A stretch of DNA of 64,000 nt from Eledone cirrhosa (GCA_964016885.1 OZ024746.1:96286001-96350000), one strand, 5' to 3'; shown: positions 44,560 to 58,605, counted from the stretch's first letter. Notes: generated from the letters alone by a model not told the origin. Made by a program: numbers and translations.

Positions 44560-45545
44560 TAACATCAGTCCAGACAGCATTTGAATATCGCATCATATCC
44601 CTCCGACAACATCTACGAACCTCGAAGCGTAGGAGCCCGTCTCTCGAGCAAGTCTATCTGCATGAAACAGATAAGATCATGAGATAGGAAAACTCCAAGA
44701 TGAGAAAACACCAGGAATAGACATGATTGTCGGCCACTGGTACAAAATACTAATATTCTATCGGAGGTATCTTACTGACTTCTACCAACAAGTTCTTAAG
44801 GGAGATACACTTATACCAGAATGGTTGACATTAGCACAAACGTTACTGGTCCCCAAGAACAAAGACACCTACTTGGCAAAAAACTACCGACCCATTGCAT
44901 GCCAGAACCTGATATATAAGATGTATACAGCCGGCCTAAACCTATTCTTCCAAGATCACTGTGAAAATAATAACATCATCACAGATGAACAAGCAGCTGG
45001 AAAGAAAAGGGTTTGGAGATGTGCTGAACAACTCCTAATCAACAAAACTGCGATGTCGGAGGTGCGACAACTTAGGAGGAATATGACTACAGTCTGGCTA
45101 GACTACAGGAAAGCTTTCGATTCTGTTCCCCACTCTTGGATGATAGAGGCCCTCCAACTTGCTAAAGTCCCAGACATTATTGTCAGATCCATAGAGAGGC
45201 TGTCTTCTTCTTGGGCTACTATCCTAAGGTTAAAGACAGAGAGGGAGGACTCTATTTTCACTGATAAAATAAAATATTGCAGGGGTATATTTCAGGGGGA
45301 CAGTCTCTCTGTGATACTATTCATCTTGTCATTAAACCCCTTGTCTTTTCTGCTCAAGAAATGTGAGGGATACATCATTGGCTCACAGGAGGACAGAAAT
45401 ACGAACCTAACCCATAACTTCTTTGTGGACGATCTGAAACTCTATGCCAAGAACATGGATGGGATGGTTACAACGTTCTCAAAGGATATAGGAATGGAGT
45501 TTGGCCAAGATAAATGCTCATACGTGACTGTAAAGCGGGGAAAAA
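44560..45545 (+). pseudogene. R4/Dong-clade non-LTR reverse transcriptase fragment
   Basis: NYRPIAC, EQLLINK, WLDYRKAFDSVPHSW, RGIFQGDSLS, HNFFVDDLKLYA, FSKDIGMEFGQDKC. Confidence 0.85.
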
Positions 45546-45677
45546 CAAGTATTGCAATCGCTTGTCAGATTATAGAGTTTGGTGCACTTTTAGGCTACCG
45601 CCAGCCACACGAACCTGTAACATGTCCTGAACATGCAATGCCTGTGGGTTTAGAAGGTTTTTAAGTGGGAAACAAGC

Positions 45678-46250
45678 TTGGTGGGGTTGCCAGTTTAGTC
45701 ACCGACGACCCGACAATTAGACAGGTTGTACTGGGTTTATGTTATCAGTAGCACTCGAGAGCGACCTGACACATACATGGTGGCTGCCAACTCGTTTTCG
45801 AGTACGGCCACTACTTTATATCCATGTAGGAGAACCCCTACCGATGTGCTGAACGAGTGTGACTTTTTAGTCCAGCCAGCGACTTGAAAACTCTGGTACA
45901 AACACTACACTTGTGACAATTATTGACACATTGTGCTGGGCCCATGGTACCATGTGACGACAAGTGCAGAGAGATCTCCAGATATAAAGCAATGCCTGTG
46001 CCGTGAATCTTTTATAGTGAGCAAAGGTACTGCACAAAGCCAGTCCCACTCTCTTAACCAAGATGATATTTACCAAAAAGAAGAACAAGTCAACATCATT
46101 GGATACCATCAGGGTTGCAGGTGTTATATCAGAGTTTTCCTTCTCCTAGAATTCTGCCTTGACAAAGGCTAAGGGGTCATCTCTCCCGGTGATTTTGGAT
46201 GGCCATTGACTCTTAAGAGCTCCTTTGCCCTTTGACAGGTTTTGTTTTGA
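45678..46250 (-). mobile_element. Non-autonomous RTE-related element, two adjacent pieces
   Basis: 45779-46250 is the reverse complement of ~57846-58312; 45678-45770 is the reverse complement of 57707-57800. Confidence 0.75.
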
Positions 46251-46270
46251 CACATACATACATACATACA

Positions 46271-46323
<53 letters not shown>

Positions 46324-46511
46324 GGAAAAGAATGAAACGAAATTTCATTTCTCACTCTTAGTACGGCTGATACCTAAATATAAGTATGTATACGTACATA
46401 CATATATGTGTACAGACGTACAGTAGTATATATATATATACATACATGCATGCATACATATATATATGTACGTATGGATTTACCGAACATTTATTATAAT
46501 GTTCGGTTATA

Positions 46512-46556
<45 letters not shown>

Positions 46557-46720
46557 GGGGTAACAAATAATAGTTATATGCAGTCCACTTAGGTGTAGTC
46601 CAGTTATGGTATTCCGGGTAGTGGATGATATCAACGCTTGGCTAAGTTTGACTCAACAAGGCGTTTTCATAGTGATGTTGCGAGTATGCTGTAATTCCTA
46701 TGTTGTAAACACTTGGAGTA

Positions 46721-47072
46721 ATAATAAATCAGGAAAGAAGATTGACACGGTTTGCTATACAAAAAAGGATTTTAATCTCATTGCTGACAATTGTTTCTCT
46801 GAACTGGTAGGTCTAGAGATCGCTATTCGCTTGTTTTCACGATACTCGATCGCCAATACAAAATTATAACCAGTCAGTTCTTCGGGGCATGCGAGCAGTT
46901 CTTCTCGCATGGCCCGAAGAACTGACTGGTTATAATTTTGTATTGGCGATCGAGTATCGTGAAAACAAGCGAATAGCGATCTCTAGACCTACCAGTTCAG
47001 AGAAACAATTGTCAGCAATGAGATTAAAATCCTTTTTTGTATAGCAAACCGTGTCAATCTTCTTTCCTGATT

Positions 47073-47078
<6 letters not shown>
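46721..47078. repeat. Near-perfect 175-bp-arm hairpin
   Basis: Arms 46721-46895 and 46904-47078, loop CAGTTCTT, one mismatch seen near the loop. Confidence 0.93.
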
Positions 47079-47109
<31 letters not shown>

Positions 47110-47336
47110 CATGCATAACACACTTGGTGATTTGTAAATCCATAGCTTTGCTCATTGAAGATAATTACATAAGCTTGGATATATTTAGTGTCAGGCTTTC
47201 CTCAAAGGTTTTCTGTTGACCCTTGTGATGTGTGGCCGACTGTCGCACTTGGTAGTGAATTGATGGTAGTTTGGGCTTTTGTTTTCCTTTCTTTTTCTTC
47301 TTTCTCTCACTCTGGTTGTATATTTTGGTGCATTAG

Positions 47337-47787
47337 GGCAGTGGATAGGCAGTATCGGTAGAGGGTCGGATATCATGCTTTGCAGCATAGAGTTACGGTC
47401 CTTTACGCTCTGAGTTCAAATCCCGCTGAGGTTAACTTTGCCTTTCGTCCTTACGGGGTCGATAAAATAAAGTACCAGTCACGCACTGGGGGCAATTTAA
47501 TCGACTTTCCAATCCCCCCAAATTGCTGGCATTGTGCCTATATAAGAAACCATTATTTGTATATTAGGTTGATTTCTACTTTAGGCACAAGGACAGCAAT
47601 TTGGTGGGGAGGGGAAAAGTCGATTAAATCGACCCCAGTGCGTGACTGGTACTTTATTTTATCGACCTCGTAACGATGAAAGGCAGAGCTAATCTCGGCG
47701 GGATTTGAACACAGGAGGTAAAGAGCCGTAACTCTATGCTGCAAAGCATGGCGTCCGGCGCACTACCGATACTGCAAATCCACCGCC
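47337..47787. mobile_element. Tail-to-tail inverted SINE pair (47337-47556 plus; 47570-47787 minus)
   Basis: Both copies have the tRNA-like head, Meta-like core and the ccttgtgcc tail. Confidence 0.85.
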
Positions 47788-47817
47788 CATGAAACAAAAT
47801 AATGTAGAGACATTCGG

Positions 47818-47903
<86 letters not shown>

Positions 47904-48164
47904 GGACGGACGGACGGACGGACGGACGGACGGACGGACAGATTTCTGTTTATTTGCCACTAGGGCACAAAAGAAAGGGACATGTACATGGGTGGGGGGA
48001 GTTTACATGAAAATCGAGTAAGAAAAATATAACAAACAAAATAATAACAAGAAGGTCCTCAATAGGGAGGGATCTTTTTGGGGTCACACACACCCCCGAA
48101 AAAAAGTGTGCGACCCTTCTCCACGGGAGCACAAAGAGAGGGTGCTCCCTTCTTTCTGTTCCAC

Positions 48165-51100
48165 CTACAGGCTGAGGTAGAGAGAAGGCCCATTCACACG
48201 GGCCATTCTCGCAACTTTCACCCACCTTTCATAAAACTGGCTGGAGTGGAGCACCTCTCTCTCCATCCTGATCCTTCTTCCGAAATGGTATCGGAAGAAA
48301 AGGACCAGTTGTTGGCCGGAGAGAAAGGTGTCCGACCTCAGCCCTTTCAGACGCGTCCACCATATAGCCTCTTTTACCATGGCTATTACACAGAGGAAGA
48401 CCGCCTCTCCTTCATTTTTGAAGGGGGGAGGCGGCTTGATCGTTACAATGGACTCGGTGGTCAACCTAATTGGTCCCACCCGTGACAGCAGTTGTTCAAC
48501 ATAGCCCCACAGATCGGCAACGCCCGGGCAGTGCACCAATGCGTGCGCGACGGTTTCCTCGTTGCGCACGCATCTGGGACAGATCTTTTTCGAGGGGTCC
48601 CTACCCGGGCGCCCGTGTCTGTAGAGCTTATCCCGAACCGGCAGAGCCCCTCGGTAGCACTGCCAGGCCAAGGACTTCTGGAAGTTGTCCATAGGTCCCG
48701 GGCCGAAAGTCCTACCGAATAGACTGGCCAGTTCGTCCTCCTCCATGCCTAGGGCTTCTCCGAGGGCGTCGTCGCACCCGCTAACCACCAGCCCTCTATA
48801 GAATGACGAGGTGGAGTCTCCGTCGATAGCCGGGTCCGCCTGCCAGAGAGCCGTGAGCGCCTGGGCACACTCGGTGTGCCAGTCGCCCAGTTTTCTCGGT
48901 CTTTGCTTCACCCAGGACTGCAGCTCGGTGAGCGAGACGAGCCTCGGGAAGGCTCGCCTCACGAACGGGGCCCACACCGGTTGACCGGTGAGGAATACGT
49001 GGAGGTGCCTTAGCCTCAATGCGTGTTTACGCATTTTTAGCCACGGCATCCCCAGCCCTCCTTTCAAAGGGTGTTGACAGCAGATGGATCTCCTCACCAG
49101 AGGAGACCTCTTCTTCCAAAGGAAATAAAAGAGGGCGCGCTCCATTTTGGCGAGGATCTCACCCGGGCAAGGCACGACAGTCAAGCGGTAATAGATGACG
49201 GACGCTATGTAAGCGTTCGCCACCTCCGCCCGACCTTTTAGGGATAGTTTGCACTCGGCCCACTTCTGGGTCAGTGCAAACACCCTATTCGTCACCTCAC
49301 CCCAGTTTTTCTCCACCTGGAGGTCCGGTCCGAACCAGACCCCAAGCAACTTCACCGGGCCCACCGTCCGACGATACCGTGGCACGACATCGCTTTGCCC
49401 CTCCACTCGCCGAGTTGCAAAGCGACTGACTTGTCCCGGTTCAGCTTAGCCCCTGTCAACCTTTCGTACTCCTCTAGTAAGGTGCCGATTGCCTCGATTT
49501 CCGAGGCGGTCGACACCATTACTGTTACGTCATCGGCGTAGGCCGACACCGCTTTGCGCAATCCCGGTTCCAAAGAGATGCCCTGCAACAACTCCAACTT
49601 CCGCAGTAATGGCTCGAGAGTCAATACATACAGAAGGGAGGAGAGAGGGCACCCCTGTCGGATGGAGCGGGTGATTTCGAACGGCTCCGAAAGGTAGCCG
49701 TTCACCTTGACTCTAGAGCAGATGCGGCTGCTGTGCATGGCAGTGATCCAGCCCCTGAAAACGGGTCCGAACCCAGCCGCCGCTAGCACCGCATCCAGGT
49801 AACCATGGTCCACCCTATCGAACGCTTTAGACTGATCTAAATTTATCAGGGCCCCACCAAAGCCGGGTTCGTTCCCAACCCTCTCTATGATGTATCGCAT
49901 GAGGTGGAGGTTGTCGTGGATGGACCTGGACGGGATAGCGCATGTCTGCGCATCTCCCACGACAAGCGCCAACCTCTTCGCTAACACCTTCGCCAAAATC
50001 TTTAACTCTGCATTTAGCAGAGTTATGGGCCTAAAATTACTAATGTCATCCCCCTTGTTCTCGTCCTTCCTCACTAGCGAGACTACGCCCTTGGTCACAG
50101 AACAGGGAATTCTCCCGTTCTGTTGCCAGTTGCAGTAGACCGCCTCGAGGAGATCGGGGAACAAGTCCGGCATATTAATATATAGTTCGTAGGGCAGACC
50201 ATCGAGTCCTGGAGATTTGCGTTTGCCGCATAGGCTCAGCACGTCCCCTATTTCAGCAGCTGAGATCGGCCCGTCGCAGGACCTCGCCTCCCTGTCCGAA
50301 AGACGCGGCAGGCCGTCGAGGTATGGACCGAAATCCACATCTCCAACCGGCTCCCCGCCCCTCCCGAACAATTGGGCAAAGTGCCTTTGAAAGGCCTCGC
50401 ACATTTACTTAGGTTCAAGGATCAGCCGTCCATCCTGGTCTCGCAAAGACCGGATAGTGGATTTAATCCCACTTTTCGCTTCTGTCACGCGGGCCCAGCT
50501 AACAGCTTTGGTCCCCTCGTTTCCCAGAGCACGTATTTTGCTTCGGACAACGCAGCCTTCGTGTTTCGCGTCGAAGAACTGGTTCAAGACCGTTCTCGAC
50601 GCTTGCACTCTGGCCACGTTGCCGCTTCTCATTGCCTCTTCAACATTAACTACCAACTCCCTTTCCTTCCTATTTCTATCTGAGGCTAACTCCTTACTAA
50701 CTCCTATTGAAACTACTCTAATCTCTCTTTTTAGAGAGCCCCACCACCTGTTGTTGACGATGGCGCCCGTCAACTGCTCCTTAACTAAGGTTCTAATCCG
50801 GTCCCTGTAAGCTCTACTTGCCGGTAAGGACAAGTTGAGCTTCCAGTAAACGGGCCCCTGCCTATGCGTTCTATCAAGGTGGACTACGCAGGTCACTAAC
50901 TTGTGGTCTGAATAGCCCACCATGAGCATTTCTGGACAACTTAAAAAGTCCCTATCCTTAATTCTAACTAAGAACCTATCTAGGTACGATCTAGATTGAC
51001 CACTGTTATTTGACCAGGTCCAGGTTGGTACAGTCGGAAAATCTAGTCGGTATCTATCGGCCAGGTCGAATCGGCCGATTAACCCCTTAAGGCTGTTACA

Positions 51101-51584
51101 CCCCCCTCTATCGGGACATGCCCCTACATAGTCCCAACGTGCATCTAGGATACCATTCCAGTCACCCACTAAAAGCAAGGAGCGGGACGTCCCTAGAAAA
51201 GTCTCCAGACGATGGAAGAAGTCCGACCGCATTGCCCCAAAAGGGGCGTATATGGCGACTAGCCTAAAAGCTTCGCCTTCACCATTGCCAAGGTCCAGAA
51301 CCACGAGTCGACCCTCCGGGTCTAAGTGTACCGTCTGTGTAGCGAGACCCAGATGTTTTTGCAGCAGAACGACAACCCCCACCCCCACCTCCGGGCTGAC
51401 AGAGAGATGCGTGCATCTCAAAGTCATCAAAGGTGGAGGCTAGCTGTCGCATGCTGCTGATCCGGGCCTCGCAAATAACCATCACATTTATACATTGTGA
51501 CCTGAGGTCACTTAGAAGTTTAGCTTGCTTCCACGGTGAGCCCAGGCCACGCGCATTTAGACAACCTACTCTTAAGACAGCCAT
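48165..51584 (-). pseudogene. LINE ORF2 (APE endonuclease, RT, C-terminal Cys/His motif), disrupted
   Basis: CLNARGL, VGDWN, SYLDRF, SDHKLV, YWKLN, SPGLDGLPYE, FRPITLLN, DQSKAFDRVDH, RQGCPLS, AYADDV, CPRC...ETVAHALVHC. Frameshifts near 51420 and 49400; in-frame TAA at 50405-50407. Confidence 0.93.
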
Positions 51585-51771
51585 GTTGGTGGCAAAGAAA
51601 GAGGCACTTACCTCTCTGCGTCCCGGGGTTCGGGCCGCTCAGTTTCCATGGGGCTGGTGGAGGGGTTGATGGGTGGGGTGGTGGTTTGTGGTGGTGTGGG
51701 GGTATTAGTGTGTGGAGGGGTTGGGATCTTTGGAGTTGTGTGGGTGTTTGAGGAGAGGAGGGGAAAACCTT

Positions 51772-53376
51772 TCAGGAGGACGCGGTTGAGTGGCCTGGTG
51801 CAGGGTGGGCCCACGTCTCAGGGTAAATGTCTTTTAAAGTTTTGAAAATGTCAAGTGGGATTTTCACCATTTTCAGGTTAGGGAGCCCCATTGCCATTAC
51901 GAAATTCGGCCCTTCGGTTTGTATCGAAGGGTTGGTTTCTATTTTTAAAGTTAGGTTTTCATTGTTTTTGTTTATGTATGTGTAGAGTTTTTGTGTTGTT
52001 GTGTTTGTTTTTGCTTGTTCTTGTTGAGTGAGTTTGCGTTTTATTGTCTGTGTTGTGTTGTCAGGTGGGGTTATTTTTGTTTGTGTGGTGCGTGTACGTT
52101 TTTTTCTTTTCACTTTTTGGAAGGGAGCCCCCTCGTCTTCCGACGATATGAGCTCCTCTTCCGTATTGGAGGGGAGGGGTATATCTCCGGGTTGTGTATG
52201 AACTGTTTTTGTATTTGTGTTCTGTGGGGTGGGGCTGGGTGGGACCGTGTTTTGGGTTGTTTTCTTGAGCTGTTGTTGATGTTGTTGTTGTTGTGGTGGT
52301 GGTGGTGGTGGTGGTGGTGGTGGTGGTGTTGGTTTTTGTTGTTCTGGTGGTGATGGTAGTGTATTTTGTTGTTTTTGTGATGGTGGTGCTGGTTGTTTTT
52401 GTTGTTGTTGTGGTGTTTGTAGCAGTGGTTTTTTTGTTGTTAGTAGAGGGCAGGCCGTCCTCAGGTGACCTCTGCCAGCGCAGTGGTAACATGAGGGTCT
52501 CCTGCCTTCCACTGTGATATTTATGTAGGTTCGCCCATCCAGTAGCACTCGGTCGGATATTCCGGAGATTCTCTCAGGTGTCATCTGTAAGAGAACCTCC
52601 AGACTTTTCCCCCCGAACAGTCCACTGGTGGACTCCCCTGCTGAAATGAGTATGTACTTATCTAGGTCGGTAAATCCTGTTAGGACGGACCAGATGTTAA
52701 TTTCTGGCGTAGGGCTCCACATTCTTATCCTTTGTGTTGTTCTTCCTTTATATGTGGGGAAGAAGGTGTATTGTGGTGACACTATAGGTGCCACCGAATA
52801 TTTCTGAGCCAGCATTTCGTCCTTCATTCGGACGATAATGCTGGCATACAGCTTTCCTTTTTGAATAAAGAGTATGTCCTTTTTAATGTCTTTCAAAACC
52901 AGCTCAATTTGACTTTCGGTCAACTGCGCTGGCTTTCTCGTTTCGTTGGTTATGGTTCTGTAGGTTACGGCATTATTGTAAATCTGTTGACGCACTTCTT
53001 CTGGGGAGTTGATCGTAAAAGAACCATCTTCCCCAAAAGATACGTATTTTCTAGCCTCTAGCAAATTTTCCTTGGCGTTCGTGATGTCTATGGCTTTGTA
53101 TTCCGTGGCTCTCCTGAGTGTTTGGGCAAAAGAAATGTTGTCTTTGTTTGTTGTTGTAATGTTGGTTTCCTTATTTGTGGTGTTATTTTTTTCTTCAAAA
53201 TTACGTTTTTCATTTGAATTGATATTCTTTTTTTTTTCATTGGAGAGGAGGGGCTGTTCAACAGTTTGAACTGTTGTTTCCTCTTTCCCGCTTGTTTTTT
53301 TGGTAGGCGTGGCGTTCGCTTCCAATATGGCGATATCGTTTTCGACGATATCGTTATCAACGATATCGATAAACAT
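51772..53376 (-). CDS. LINE ORF1 (gag-like, CCHC zinc knuckle, Pro/Gln-rich linker), 534 aa
   Basis: ITVEGRRPSCYHCAGRGHLRTAC; FQKVKRKKR basic motif; open frame. Confidence 0.85.
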   Translation of the reverse strand: MFIDIVDNDIVENDIAILEANATPTKKTSGKEETTVQTVEQPLLSNEKKKNINSNEKRNFEEKNNTTNKETNITTTNKDNISFAQTLRRATEYKAIDITNAKENLLEARKYVSFGEDGSFTINSPEEVRQQIYNNAVTYRTITNETRKPAQLTESQIELVLKDIKKDILFIQKGKLYASIIVRMKDEMLAQKYSVAPIVSPQYTFFPTYKGRTTQRIRMWSPTPEINIWSVLTGFTDLDKYILISAGESTSGLFGGKSLEVLLQMTPERISGISDRVLLDGRTYINITVEGRRPSCYHCAGRGHLRTACPLLTTKKPLLQTPQQQQKQPAPPSQKQQNTLPSPPEQQKPTPPPPPPPPPPPQQQQHQQQLKKTTQNTVPPSPTPQNTNTKTVHTQPGDIPLPSNTEEELISSEDEGAPFQKVKRKKRTRTTQTKITPPDNTTQTIKRKLTQQEQAKTNTTTQKLYTYINKNNENLTLKIETNPSIQTEGPNFVMAMGLPNLKMVKIPLDIFKTLKDIYPETWAHPAPGHSTASS

Positions 53377-53639
53377 TTTTTGAGTTAATTATTTTTCACC
53401 CCAAAAGGGGTGAAAATATAATTACCCTACGTCTAGAGTCCCAGACTAGGGGTTAGAGTTTATGATACAAAAGAATTCAAAAAATTCACTCACAAATATA
53501 GCAGGTAAAATTCCGAATCACGGAGCGATATGAAACACGTCTACTATCCTCAGACAGACAGACAGACAGATTGATAGATAAATTTCTTTATTAGCCACAA
53601 GGGCACAAAAGAAGGGGACAAATAGAAATGGGGAGTGAT

Positions 53640-53847
53640 AGATAGTAAGATATATAGATAGAGAGAGAGAGACTGATGAACTGGCAGATAGATAGAGAGA
53701 GATAGCTAGATATATATATATAGAGAGAGAGAGAGACTGGCTGATAGACAGGTAAAGAGAGAGAGAGAGAGACTGACGGACAGACAGGACAGGGAGAGGG
53801 GGGACAGACTGACTGACAGACAGTTAGAGAGAGACGGACAAACAGAT

Positions 53848-53885
<38 letters not shown>

Positions 53886-53891
53886 GCGCAC

Positions 53892-53944
<53 letters not shown>

Positions 53945-53993
53945 GAGAGAGAGAGGGGGAGAGAGAGACTGACGGACAGACAGACTGATAAAC

Positions 53994-54028
<35 letters not shown>

Positions 54029-54119
54029 CTGGCAGACAGATAGACTGATAAACAGATAGAGAGAGAGGGGGGGGGAGACTGACGGACAGGCAGGCAGACA
54101 GACAGACAGACAGACAGAC

Positions 54120-54213
<94 letters not shown>

Positions 54214-54230
54214 GGACAGACAGCTAGATA
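53640..54230. repeat. (GA)n/(GACA)n/(GATA)n compound microsatellite
   Basis: Direct inspection. Confidence 0.95.
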
Positions 54231-54396
54231 GAGAGGTGTATGAAAGTATGGTGAAATAGGTGTTTCCAATCCTTAAATTTACCTACGTCACAAATGACGA
54301 CAGATATGGACGTCACGGCGTCTGTAATGTTGTCCTTAGAAATCATCTTTGAAGCTACTTGTATATATACGGGGAAACCACTCCATCTAACCAGCT

Positions 54397-54459
<63 letters not shown>

Positions 54460-54653
54460 TAATAAATGAACAGAGAACAAAAAACAGAGAAGCAGTACAA
54501 ATGATATTAGTATTTGTTTCACGCTTGAGAGTATGGGGTGGGAGACATATATATACATATATATGTATGTATATATAAATATATATATATAAGTATGTAT
54601 ATGTGTGTATATATATATATGTATATATATATGTATATATATATATATATATA

Positions 54654-54736
<83 letters not shown>

Positions 54737-55039
54737 GCATATACATACACACATACATATACATACACATATATACATACATACAAACAAACATACATAC
54801 ATACTTATATACACATACACATATACATATAAATATACATATACATACATATACATATACATATATACATATTTACATGATGGCTTCCCCCTCGTTATCG
54901 AGTATGGCCATTGCACGATATACCATTATTAATAATTATTAACTAATTCTATCGTGCAATGCGTGTGCGTGAAGATATTTTTTAAAGTGAGGAAAGACTG
55001 TGCACTGAGCCATTCCCACTCCCTGAGCGACAGTAGAAA

Positions 55040-55372
55040 AGAAGATAATATCAACATCATCGGTAAAGAAGATAATATCAACATCATCGGTAACTACTGA
55101 GCCGCAGGTTTTATATCGGAGTTATCCCAGTTACCTGAGTTGCCTTCTCCTAGAAGAATGCCCTGACAAAGGCTAGGGGTCCTTCACTCCCAGTGGTTTA
55201 ACCGCGCGGTACATGTGTATATACATATTTACACATTTTCGGATGGTCGTTGACTCTTATGAGTTCTTCTGCCCTTTTTCAGGTTTTTTTTTTTGTCCTG
55301 CAGAGTGTCCAAAATCACCCTCCTCATCAAGTAAACTTGGTGGGGTTGCCGGTTTAGTCGCCGACGACCCAA
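55040..55372 (-). mobile_element. Divergent partial copy of the RTE-related non-autonomous element
   Basis: ccttctcctagaagaatgccctgacaaaggctagggg and cttggtggggttgccggtttagtcgccgacgaccc match 46140-46175 and 45678-45710. Confidence 0.7.
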
Positions 55373-55374
55373 CC

Positions 55375-56434
55375 AATACAGATATATACATATATACATA
55401 GATACATACATACATACAGATATATACATATACACATACACAGACATTTATACATACATGCATACATATACATACATATACATGCATAGATATACATACA
55501 CATACATATACATACATACAAGCATGCATACATATATACACACATACACACATACACACATACACACACACATACACACACACACATATATATACTGTAT
55601 GTGTGTATGTATGTATATATGTATGGTACTGTAATATAGCCGCAGAAAACAACGTCCGGAAGCGGATATGCTTCTTGAAAGAATACGTACAGACACATAC
55701 ACACACACACACACAAACATATATATATATACACACTCATATACATACATATATATATATACACATATATATATATATATACACATATATATATATACAC
55801 TCATATACATACATATATACACACAGATATATACATACACACACTTACACACTGATACACTCACATACACACATATATACACACAGACACACACACACAC
55901 ACACATATATATATATTCACTAATACACTCACATACATACATATATACACACAGATATATACATACACACACACACATATATATATACACTGATACACTC
56001 ACATACATACATATATACACACAGATATATACATACACACACATACACACTGATACACTCACATACACACATATATACACACAGACACACACACACACAC
56101 ATACACACTGATACACTCACATACATACACTTACATATATACACAAACACATGCACACAGATATACTCACATACACACACACATACACACAGATATACTT
56201 ACATACACACACACGCATACACACATACACACAGATACACTTACATATACACACACACAGATATACTTACATACACACACACACATACACAGATATACTT
56301 ACATACATACACAAACACACCCATACACAAATACACACACACACACATTCACACACACACACACACACATCCACACACACACATTCACACACACACACAC
56401 ATCCACATACACACACATACACACACACACATCC

Positions 56435-56466
<32 letters not shown>

Positions 56467-56844
56467 ATACACACACTCACATACATTCACACACAACACA
56501 TCTACACACACACACACACACACACACACCCACACCCCCACACACACACAGATAGTTGTTCGTTTCTAATCCTATATTGTTGATATTGAATCTATCTAAT
56601 TATGCACATTGTATATTATGACGGCTACTGGTGTATATAAGATATATATATCTTATATATATATATATCTTATATATATATATATCTTATATATATATAT
56701 ATCTTATATATATATATATCTTATATATATATATATCTTATATATATATATATCTTATATATATATATATCTTATATATATATATCTTATATATATATAT
56801 ATATCTTATATATATATATATCTTATATATATATTTATATATAT

Positions 56845-56845
<1 letters not shown>
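55375..56845. repeat. (CA)n/(CATA)n/(TA)n low-complexity tracts including (TATATATATATATCT)n
   Basis: Direct inspection. Confidence 0.9.
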
Positions 56846-57424
<579 letters not shown>

Positions 57425-57514
57425 ATATATATATATATATATATATCTTATATATATATATACTGTATATATATATATATATATATATACTGTATATATA
57501 TATATATATACTGT

Positions 57515-57554
<40 letters not shown>

Positions 57555-57706
57555 CGAGGGAAAAGTGGTAAGGAACCAGGTGGACCATAACGCACCAAAG
57601 TACTCAATACTTAGGGTAGTAGAGTGGGAAATAGGAGTAAGTAAGACCCCGACGGCTGAGCTCAAGCCGTTTCGACGGCTAATTCTGTACCACATATATA
57701 TATATG

Positions 57707-58312
57707 TCAGGTCACCAGTTGGTGCTACTGGTAACATGTATCCCAGTACAACCTGTCTCATGGTCGGGTCGTTGGCGACTAAACTGGCAACCCCACCAAG
57801 GTTTCTTGGTGAGGAGGGTGACTTTGGACATCCTGCAGGACTAAAAACAAAACCTGTCAAAGGGCAAAGGAGCTCTTAAGAGTCAATGGCCATCTAAAAT
57901 CACCGGGAGAGATGACCCCTTAGCCTTTGTCAAGGCAGAATTCTAGGAGAAGGAAAACTCTGATATAACACCTGCAACTCTGATGGTATCCAATGATGTT
58001 GACATGTTCTTCTTTTTGGTAAATATCATCTTGGTTAAGAGAGTGGGACTGGCTTTGTGCAGTGCCTTTGCTCACTATAAAAGATTCATGGCACAGGCAT
58101 TGCTTTATATCTGGAGATCTCTCTGCACTTGTCGTCACATGGTACTATGGGCCCAGCACTATGTGGCAATAATTGTCACAAGTGTAGTGTTTGTACCAGA
58201 GTTTTCAAGTCGCTGGCTGGACTAAAAAGTCACACTCGTTCAGTGCTTCGGTAGGGGTTCTCCTACATAGATATAAAGTAGTGGCCGTACTCGAAAACGA
58301 GTTGGCAGCCAC
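57707..58312 (+). mobile_element. ~600-bp bipartite non-autonomous RTE-type element, in (TA)n
   Basis: RTE 5'UTR-like motif AAGGCAGAATTCTAGGAGAAGGAAAACTCTGA; 3' end GGCCGTACTCGAAAACGAGTTGGCAGCCACCA resembles the RTE tail at 43525-43565; no RT ORF. Confidence 0.65.
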
Positions 58313-58332
58313 CATATATATATATATATATA

Positions 58333-58412
<80 letters not shown>

Positions 58413-58417
<5 letters not shown>

Positions 58418-58605
58418 AACGAGTATGACCCCGACGGCAGAGCTCAAGCCGTTTCGACGGCTATTTCTAGTCCAGAATTAGCCGTCGAAACGGCTTGAGC
58501 TCTGCGGTCGGGGTCCTACTCGTTCCTATTACCCACTCTACTACCCTAAGTATTGAGTACTTTGGTGCGTTATGGTCCACCTGGTTCCTTACCACATTTC
58601 CTTCG

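Larger units (their letters stand above)
47941..53550 (-). mobile_element. Near full-length Tx1/L1-clade LINE
   Basis: Two-ORF layout, short 5' UTR starting AGGATAGTAGACGTGTTTC, 3' end AATAAACAGAAATC running into (TCCG)n(TCTG)n. Confidence 0.92.
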
